Shown piece by piece: positions 55,601 to 64,000 of a stretch of 64,000 nucleotides of DNA; the stretch's first letter is position 1, and each line of letters opens with the position of its first letter. Below the pieces are notes generated by a model. The model was not told the origin of the DNA. It did no database searches and saw only the letters and a list, made by a program, of their open reading frames with translations. Made by a program: the position numbers and the translations under genes. The stretch comes from Eledone cirrhosa (lineage: Eukaryota), in NCBI GenBank assembly GCA_964016885.1, contig OZ024740.1, positions 431,520,001 through 431,584,000 of the forward strand, read 5' to 3'.

Positions 55601-58082
55601 AAGACATCTCAGAAGTAGGTTGTGGTGCTGAACTCTGTTATATACATCCCAGACGTAGGTTGTAGTGTTGAACTCTGTTAAAGACATCCCAGAAGTAGGT
55701 TGTGGTATTGAACTCTGTTAAAGACATCCCAGGAGTAGGTTATGGTGTTGAACTTTGTTAAAGAGATCCCAGCAGTAGGTTGTGGTGTTGAACTCTGTTA
55801 AAGACATCCCAGAAGTAGGTTGTGGTATTGAACTCTGTTAAAGACATCCCAGAAGTAGGTTGTGGTGTTGAACTCTGTTAAAGGCATCACAGAAGTAGGT
55901 TGTGGTGTTGAACTCTGTTAAAGACATCCCATAAGTAGGTTGTGGTATTGAACTCTGTTAAAGACATCCCAGAAGTAGGCTGTTGTGTTGAACTCTGTTA
56001 AAGACACCTCAGAAGTAGGTTGTGGTATTGAACTCTGTTAAAGACATCCCAGAAGTAGGTTGTGGTGTTGAACTCTGTTAAAGACATCCCAGGAGTAGGT
56101 TGTGGTGTTGAACACTGTTAAAGACATCCCAGGAGTAGGTTGTGGTGTTGAACTCTGTTAAAGACATCCAAGGATTAGGTTGTGGTGTTGAAATCTGTTA
56201 AAGACATCCCAGGAGTAGGTTGTGGTGTGGAACTCTGTTAAAGACATCCCAGAAGTAGGTTGTGGTGCTGAACTCTGTTATAGACATCCCAGACGTAGGT
56301 TGTGGTGTTGAACTGTGTTAAAGACATCCCAGAAGTAGGCTGTGGTGTTGAACTCTGTTAAAGACATCTCAGAAGTAGGTTGTGGTATTGAACTCTGTTA
56401 AAGACATCCCAGAAGTAGGCTGTGGTATTGAACTCTGTTAAAGACATCCCAGGAGTAGGTTGTGGTGTTGAACTCCGTTAAAGACATCCCTGGAGTAGGT
56501 TGTGGTGTAGAACTCTGTTAAAGACATCCCAGAGGTAGGTGGTGGTGTTGAACTCTGTTAAAGACATCCCAGGAGTAGTTTGTGGTGGTGAACTCTGTTA
56601 AATATATCCCAGAGGTAGGTTGTGGTGTTGAACTCTGTTAAAGACTTCCCAGAAGTAGGTTGTTGTATTGAACTCTGTTAAAGACATCCCAGAAGTAGGT
56701 TGTGGTATTGATCTTTGTTAAAGACATCCCAGAAGTAGGTTGTGGTATTGAACTCTGTTAAAGACATCCCAGGAGTAGGTTGTGGTGTTGAACACCGTTA
56801 AAGACATCCCAGGCGTAGGTTGTGGTATTGAACTCTGTTAAAGAGATCACAGAAGAAGGTTGTGGTTTTGAACTCTGTTAAAGACATCCAAGGAGTAGGT
56901 TGTGGTGTTGAACTCTGTTAAATACATCTCAGAAGTAGGTTGTAGTGTTGAACTCTGTTAAAGCCATCCCATTAGTAGGTTGTGGTGTTGAACTCTGTTA
57001 AAAACATCCCATTAGTAGGTTGTGGTGTGGAACTCTGTTAAAGACATCCCAGAAGTAGGTTGTGGTGCTGAACTCTGTTATAGACATCCCAGACGTAGGT
57101 TGTGGTGTTGAACTCTGTTAAAGACATCCCAGAAGTAGGTTGTGGTATTGAACTCTGTTAAAGACATCCCAGAAGTAGGCTGTGGTGCTGAACTCTGTTA
57201 AAGACATCCCATTAGTAGGTTGTGGTGTTGAACTCTGTTAAAGACATCCCATTAGTAGGTTGTGGTGTTGAACTCTGTTAAAGACATCTCAGAAGTAGGT
57301 TGTGGTGTTGAACTCTGTTAAAGACATCCCATAAGTAGGTTGTGGTATTGAACTGTGTTAAAGACATCCCAGAAGTAGGCTGTGGTGTTGAACTCTGTTA
57401 AAGACATCTCAGAAGTAGGTTGTGGTATTGAACTCTGTTAAAGACATCCCAGAATGAGGTTGTGGTATTGAACTGTGTTAAAGACATCCCAGGAGTAGGT
57501 TGTGATGTTGAACTCCGTTAAAGTCATCCCTGGAGTAGGTTGTGGTATTGAACTCTATGAAAGACATCCTAGAAATAGGTTGTGTTATTGAACTCTGTTA
57601 AAGACATCTCAGAAGTAGGTTGTGGTGTTGAACTTTGTTAAAGACATCCCAGAAGTAGGTTGTGGTGTTGAACTTTGTTAAAGAGATCCCAGCAGTAGGT
57701 TGTGGTGTTGAACTCTGTTAAAGACATCCCAGAAGTAGGTTGTGGTATTGAACTCTGTTAAAGACATCCCAGAAGTAGGTTGTGGTGTTGAACTCTGTTA
57801 AAGGCATCCCAGAAGTAGGTTGTGGTGTTGAACTCTGTTAAAGACATCCCAGGAGTAGGTTGTGGTGTTGAACTCTGTTAAAGACATCCCAGAAGTAGGT
57901 TGTGGTGTTGAACACTGTTAAAGACATCCCAGGAGTAGGTTGTAGTATTGAACTCTGTTAAAGACATCCCAGGAGTAGGAAGTGGTGTTGAACTCTGTTA
58001 AAGACATCCCAGAAGTAGGTTGTGGTGTTGAACTCTGTTAAAGACATCCCATTAGTAGGTTGTGGTGTTGAACTCTGTTAAA
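52690..58082. repeat. HOR domain 6: tandem duplication of a 2720-bp (68-monomer) unit
   Basis: Offset-2720 pairs: AAGACACCTC 53281/56001, AGAATGAGGT 54731/57451, AGGAGTAGGAAGTGG 55251/57971. Confidence 0.9.
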
Positions 58083-61000
58083 AACATCCCATTAGTAGGT
58101 AGTGGTGTTGAACTCTGTTAAAGACATCCCAGGAGTAGGTTGTGGTGTGGAACTCTGTTAAAGACATCCCAGAAGTAGGTTGTGGTGCTGAACTCTGTTA
58201 TAGACATCCCAGAAGTAGGTTGTGGTGTTGAACTCTGTTAAAGACATCCCATTAGTAGGTTGTGGTGTTGAACTCTGTTAAAGACATCTCATTAGTAGGT
58301 TGTGGTCTTGAACTCTGTTAAAGACATCTCAGAAGTAGGTTGTCGTATTGAACTCTGTTAAAGACATCCAAGAAGAAGGTTGTGGTATTGAACTCTGTTA
58401 AAGACATCCCAGGAGTAGGTTGTGGTGTTGAACTCCGTTAAAGACATCCCAGGCGTGGGTTGTGGTATTGAACTCTGTTAAAGACATCCTAGAAGTAGGT
58501 TGTGGGGTTGAACTCTGTTAAAGACATCCCAGAAGTAGGTTGTTGTGTTGAACTCTGTTAAAGACATCCCAGGAGTAGGTTGTGGTGTTGAACTCTGTTA
58601 AAGACATCTCGGGAGTAGGTTGTGGTGTTGAACTCTGTTAAAGACATCCTAGAAGTAGGTTGTGGTGTTGAACTCTGTTAAAGACATCCCAGAAGTAGGT
58701 TGTTGTGTTGAACTCTGTTAAAGACATCCCAGGAGTAGGTTGTGGTGTTGAACTCTGTTAAAGACATCTCGGGAGTAGGTTGTGGTGTTGAACTCTGTTA
58801 AAGACAGCTCGGGAGTAGGTTGTGGTGTTGAACTCTGTTAAAGACATCCTAGAAGTAGGTTGTGGTGTTGAACTCTGTTAAAGACATCCCAGGAGTAGGT
58901 TGTTGCGTTGAACTCTGTTAAAGACATCTCGGGAGTAGGTTGTGGTGTTGAACTCTGTTAAAGACATCTCGGGAGTAGGTTGTGGTGTTGAACTCTGTTA
59001 AAGACATCCTAGAAGTAGGTTGTGGTGTTGAACTCTGTTAAAGACATCCCAGACGTAGGTTGTGGTGTTGAACTCTGTTAAAGACATCCCAGGAGAAGGT
59101 TATGGTGTTGAACTTTGTTAAAGAGATCCCAGCATTAGGTTGTGGTGTTGAACTCTGTTAAAGACATCCCAGAAGTAGGTTGTGGTATTGAACTCTGTTA
59201 AAGACATCCCAGAAGTAGGTTGTGGTGTTGAACTCTGTTAAAGACATCTCGGGTGTAGGTTGTGGTGTTGAACTCTCTTAAAGACATCTCAGAAGTAGGT
59301 TGTGGTTTTGAACTTTGTTAAAGACATCCCAGAAGTAGGTTGTGCTGTTGAACTCTGTTAAAGACATCCCAGGAGTAGGTGATGGTGTTGAACTTTGTTA
59401 AAGAGATCCCAGAAGTAGGTTGCTGTATTGAACTCTGTTAAAGACATCCCAGTAGTAGGTTGTGGTATTGAACTCTGTTAAAGACATCCCAGAAGTAGGT
59501 TGTGGTATTGAACTCTGTTAAAGACATCCCAGAAGTAGGCTGTGGTGTTGAACTCTGTTAAAGACATCTCAGAAGTAGGTTGTGGTATTGAACTCTGTTA
59601 AAGACATCCCAGGAGTAGGTTGTGGTGTTGAATTCCGTTAAAGACATCCCATTAGTAGGTTGTGGTGTTGAACTCTGTTAAAAACATCCCATTAGTAGGT
59701 TGTGGTGTTGAACTCTGTTAAAGACATCCCAGGAGTAAGTTGTGGTGTGGAACTCTGTTAAAGACATCCCAGACGTAGGTTGTGGTGTTGAACTCTGTTA
59801 AAGACATCCCAGAAGTAGGTTGTGGTATTGAACTCTGTTAAAGACATCCCAGAAGTAGGTTGTGGTGTTGAACTCTGTTAAAGACATCCCATAAGTAGGT
59901 TGTGGTATTGAACTGTGTTAAAGACATCCCAGAAGTAGGCTGTGGTGTTGAACTCTGTTAAAGACATCTCAGAAGTAGGTTGTGGTATTGAACACTGTTA
60001 AAGACATCCCAGGAGTAGGTTGCGGTGTTGAACTCCGTTAAAGACATCCCTGGAGTAGGTTGTGGTATTGAACTCTGTTAAAGTTATCCCAGGAGTAGGT
60101 TGTGGTGTTGAACTCCGTTAAAGACATCCCTGGAGTAGGTTGTGGTATTGAACTCTATGAATGACATCCTAGAAATAGGTTGTGTTATTGAACTCTGTTA
60201 AAGACATCTCAGAAGTAGGTTGTGGTGTTGAACTTTGTTAAAGACATCCCAGAAGTAGGTTGTGGTGTTGAACTCTGTTAAAGCCATCCCAGGAGTAGGT
60301 TATGGTGTTGAACTTTGTTAAAGAGATCCCAGCAGTAGGTTGTGGTGTTGAACTCTGTTAAAGACATCCCAGAAGTAGGTTGTGTTATTGAACTCTGTTA
60401 AAGACATCCCAGAAGTAGGTTGTGGTGTTGAACTCTGTTAAAGACATCCCAGAAGTAGGTTGTGGTGTTGAACACTGTTAAAGACATCCCAGGAGTAGGT
60501 TGTAGTATTGAACTCTGTTAAAGACATCCCAGGAGTAGGTTGTGGTGTTGAAATCTGTTAAAGACATCCCAGAAGTAGGTTGTGGTGTTGAACTCTGTTA
60601 AAAACATCCCATTAGTAGGTTGTGGTGTTGAACTCTGTTAAAGACATCCCAGAAGTAGGTTGTGGTGTTGAACTCTGTTAAAGACATCCCAGGAGTAGGT
60701 TGTGGTCTGGAACTCTGTTAAAGACATCCCAGGTGTAGGTTGTGGTGTGGAACTCTGTTAAAGACATCCCAGAAGTAGGTTGTGGTGCTGAACTCTGTTA
60801 TAGACATCCCAGATGTAGGTTGTGGTGTTGAACTCTGTTAAAGACATCCCAGAAGTAGGTTGTGGTATTGAACTCTGTTAAAGACATCCCAGAAGTAGGC
60901 TGTGGTGTTGAACTCTGTTAAAGACATCCCATTAGTAGGTTGTGGTGTTGAACTCTGTTAAAGACATCTCATTAGTAGGTTGTGGTGTTGAACTCTGTTA

Positions 61001-64000
61001 AAGACATCTCAGAAGTAGGTTGTCGTATTGAACTCTGTTAAAGACATCCAAGAAGAAGGTTGTGGTATTGAACTCTGTTAAAGACATCCCAGGAGTAGGT
61101 TGTGGTGTTGAACTCCGTTAAAGACATCTCAGGCGTAGGTTGTGGTATTGAACTATGTTAAAGACATCCTAGAAGTAGGTTGTGGGGTTGAACTCTGTTA
61201 AAGACATCCCAGAAGTAGGTTGTTGTGTTGAACTCTGTTAAAGACATCCCAGGAGTAGGTCGTGGTTTTGAACTCTGTTAAAGACATCTCGGGAGTAGGT
61301 TGTGGTGTTGAACTCTGTTAAAGACATCCTAGAAGTAGGTTGTGGTGTTGAACTCTGTTAAAGACATCCCAGACGTAGGTTGTGGTGTTGAACTCTGTTA
61401 AAGACATCCCAGGAGAAGGTTATGGTGTTGAACTTTGTTAAAGAGATCCCAGCATTAGGTTGTGGTGTTGAACTCTGTTAAAGACATCCCAGAAGTAGGT
61501 TGTGGTATTGAACTCTGTTAAAGACATCCCAGAAGTAGGTTGTGGTGTTGAACTCTGTTAAAGACATCTCGGGTGTAGGTTGTGGTGTTGAACTCTCTTA
61601 AAGACATCTCAGAAGTAGGTTGTGGTTTTGAACTTTGTTAAAGACATCCCAGAAGTAGGTTGTGCTGTTGAACTCTGTTAAAGACATCCCAGGAGTAGGT
61701 GATGGTGTTGAACTTTGTTAAAGAGATCCCAGCATTAGGTTGTGGTGTTGAACTCTGTTAAAGACATCCCAGAAGTAGGTTGTGGTATTGAACTCTGTTA
61801 AAGACATCCCAGAAGTAGGTTGTGGTGTTGAACTCTGTTAAAGACATCTCGGGTGTAGGTTGTGGTGTTGAACTCTCTTAAAGACATCTCAGAAGTAGGT
61901 TGTGGTTTTGAACTTTGTTAAAGACATCCCAGAAGTAGGTTGTGCTGTTGAACTCTGTTAAAGAGATCCCAGAAGTAGGTTGCTGTATTGAACTCTGTTA
62001 AAGACATCCCAGTAGTAGGTTGTGGTATTGAACTCTGTTAAAGACATCCCAGAAGTAGGTTGTGGTATTGAACTCTGTTAAAGACATCCCAGAAGTAGGC
62101 TGTGGTGTTGAACTCTGTTAAAGACATCTCAGAAGTAGGTTGTGGTATTGAACTCTGTTAAAGACATCCCAGGAGTAGGTTGTGGTGTTGAATTCCGTTA
62201 AAGACATCCCATTAGTAGGTTGTGGTGTTGAACTCTGTTAAAAACATCCCATTAGTAGGTTGTGGTGTTGAACTCTGTTAAAGACATCCCAGGAGTAAGT
62301 TGTGGTGTGGAACTCTGTTAAAGACATCCCAGACGTAGGTTGTGGTGTTGAACTCTGTTAAAGACATCCCAGAAGTAGGTTGTGGTATTGAACTCTGTTA
62401 AAGACATCCCAGAAGTAGGTTGTGGTGTTGAACTCTGTTAAAGACATCTCAGAAGTAGGTTGTGGTATTGAACACTGTTAAAGACATCCCAGGAGTAGGT
62501 TGCGGTGTTGAACTCCGTTAAAGACATCCCTGGAGTAGGTTGTGGTATTGAACTCTGTTAAAGTTATCCCAGGAGTAGGTTGTGGTGTTGAACTCCGTTA
62601 AAGACATCCCTGGAGTAGGTTGTGGTATTGAACTCTATGAATGACATCCTAGAAATAGGTTGTGTTATTGAACTCTGTTAAAGACATCTCAGAAGTAGGT
62701 TGTGGTGTTGAACTTTGTTAAAGACATCCCAGAAGTAGGTTGTGGTGTTGAACTCTGTTAAAGCCATCCCAGGAGTAGGTTATGGTGTTGAACTTTGTTA
62801 AAGAGATCCCAGCAGTAGGTTGTGGTGTTGAACTCTGTTAAAGACATCCCAGGAGTAGGTTGTGGTGTTGAACTCTGTTAAAGACATCCCAGAAGTAGGT
62901 TGTGGTGTTGAACACTGTTAAAGACATCCCAGGAGTAGGTTGTAGTATTGAACTCTGTTAAAGACATCCCAGGAGTAGGTTGTGGTGTTGAAATCTGTTA
63001 AAGACATCCCAGAAGTAGGTTGTGGTGTTGAACTCTGTTAAAAACATCCCATTAGTAGGTTGTGGTGTTGAACTCTGTTAAAGACATCCCAGAAGTAGGT
63101 TGTGGTGTTGAACTCTGTTAAAGACATCCCAGGAGTAGGTTGTGGTGTGGAACTCTGTTAAAGACATCCCAGAAGTAGGTTGTGGTGCTGAACTCTGTTA
63201 TAGACATCCCAGAAGTAGGTTGTGGTATTGAACTCTGTTAAAGACATCCCAGAAGTAGGCTGTGGTGTTGAACTCTGTTAAAGACATCCCATTAGTAGGT
63301 TGTGGTGTTGAACTCTGTTAAAGACATCTCATTAGTAGGTTGTGGTGTTGAACTCTGTTAAAGACATCTCAGAAGTAGGTTGTCGTATTGAACTCTGTTA
63401 AAGACATCCAAGAAGAAGGTTGTGGTATTGAACTCTGTTAAAGACATCCCAGGAGTAGGTTGTGGTGTTGAACTCCGTTAAAGACATCTCAGGCGTAGGT
63501 TGTGGTATTGAACTATGTTAAAGACATCCTAGAAGTAGGTTGTGGGGTTGAACTCTGTTAAAGACATCCCAGAAGTAGGTTGTTGTGTTGAACTCTGTTA
63601 AAGACATCCCAGGAGTAGGTCGTGGTTTTGAACTCTGTTAAAGACATCTCGGGAGTAGGTTGTGGTGTTGAACTCTGTTAAAGACATCCTAGAAGTAGGT
63701 TGTGGTGTTGAACTCTGTTAAAGACATCCCAGAATTAGGTTGTTGTGTTGAACTCTGTTAAAGACATCCCAGGAGTAGGTTGTGGTGTTGAACTCTGTTA
63801 AAAACATCTCGGGAGTAGGTTGTGGTGTTGAACTCTGTTAAAGACAGCTCGGGAGTAGGTTGTGGTGTTGAACTCTGTTAAAGACATCCTAGAAGTAGGT
63901 TGTGGTGTTGAACTCTGTTAAAGACATCCCAGGAGTAGGTTGTTGCGTTGAACTCTGTTAAAGACATCTCGGGAGTAGGTTGTGGTGTTGAACTCTGTTA
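58083..64000. repeat. HOR domain 7: ~2.4-2.7 kb units with a 5040-bp marker recurrence and a local 280-bp duplication
   Basis: TGTCGTATTG at 58341, 61021, 63381. ATGACATCCT at 60161/62641. AAGACAGCTC at 58801/63841. AGCATTAGGT at 61451/61731 and GGGTGTAGGT at 61571/61851 (offset 280). Confidence 0.8.

Larger units (their letters stand above)
1..64000. repeat. 40-bp tandem satellite array, ~1,600 monomers, single orientation, running off both window ends
   Basis: Consensus TAGGTTGTGGTGTTGAACTCTGTTAAAGACATCCCAGAAG recurs every 40 bp (starts 1, 41, 81...). Most monomers differ from it at 0-4 positions. Monomer start phase goes from 1 mod 40 at the start to 16 mod 40 at 63976, matching the net +15 bp of the 15 indels found. 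Confidence 0.99.

Noticed and set aside
1-64000. Giant repeat protein under a TAA=Gln genetic code (40-aa cycle shared by all three minus frames)
   Set aside because: The common ATCTCAG variant introduces TGA on the minus strand, variants show no visible codon-position pattern, and one stop per 40 nt is unremarkable by chance.
1-64000. CRISPR array (GTTG... start, ATTGAAC motif, partial palindromy, CRISPR-like unit length)
   Set aside because: Units abut directly with no unique spacers. The variable slot is only 4 nt and its states recur. No leader or cas genes are present.
1-64000. Transposon insertion, inversion or unique-sequence island
   Set aside because: Phase tracking accounts for the window with 40-bp units plus 15 indels of 1-5 bp. 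I saw no reverse-orientation monomer (CACCACAACCTA on the + strand).
1-64000. Functional motif calls: RUNX-like TGTGGT, FokI CATCC, TTAA, Dam GATC and Dcm CCAGG in variants, Chi-like GTGGTG
   Set aside because: These are 4-6 bp matches in a single 40-mer, expected by chance, and the organism is unknown.
1-64000. G-quadruplex array or CENP-B box
   Set aside because: The consensus has only two GG doublets per monomer on the + strand and one GGG per 40 bp on the - strand. The CENP-B box core (TTCG....A..CGGG) is absent; CTCGGG variants supply only part of it.
1-64000. Pure sequencing or assembly artefact (concatemer, rolling-circle product)
   Set aside because: Variants are linked in reproducible haplotypes and nested duplications with a very low indel rate, as expected for a real evolving array. 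Individual near-identical duplications still need read-level confirmation.

Overview
The whole 64-kb window is one uninterrupted head-to-tail tandem array (satellite DNA) of a 40-bp monomer, about 1,600 copies, all in one orientation. The consensus read by eye is TAGGTTGTGG TGTTGAACTC TGTTAAAGAC ATCCCAGAAG (17/40 GC, no CpG). I saw no unique sequence, gene, RNA gene, transposon or CRISPR spacer. The ten 69-aa ORFs are read-through by-products of the repeat. The information lies in the variants: (i) successive domains of irregular, sometimes nested higher-order repeats (HORs) of about 1.5-5.8 kb, each with private marker monomers; (ii) only 15 phase-shifting indels, 7 of them within 19.0-22.7 kb; (iii) a monomer built from two imperfect dyads whose loops and mismatches coincide with the most variable positions. 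I cannot identify the organism or satellite family. A eukaryotic centromeric, pericentromeric or subtelomeric array is an inference only. Counts and boundaries were read manually and are approximate.
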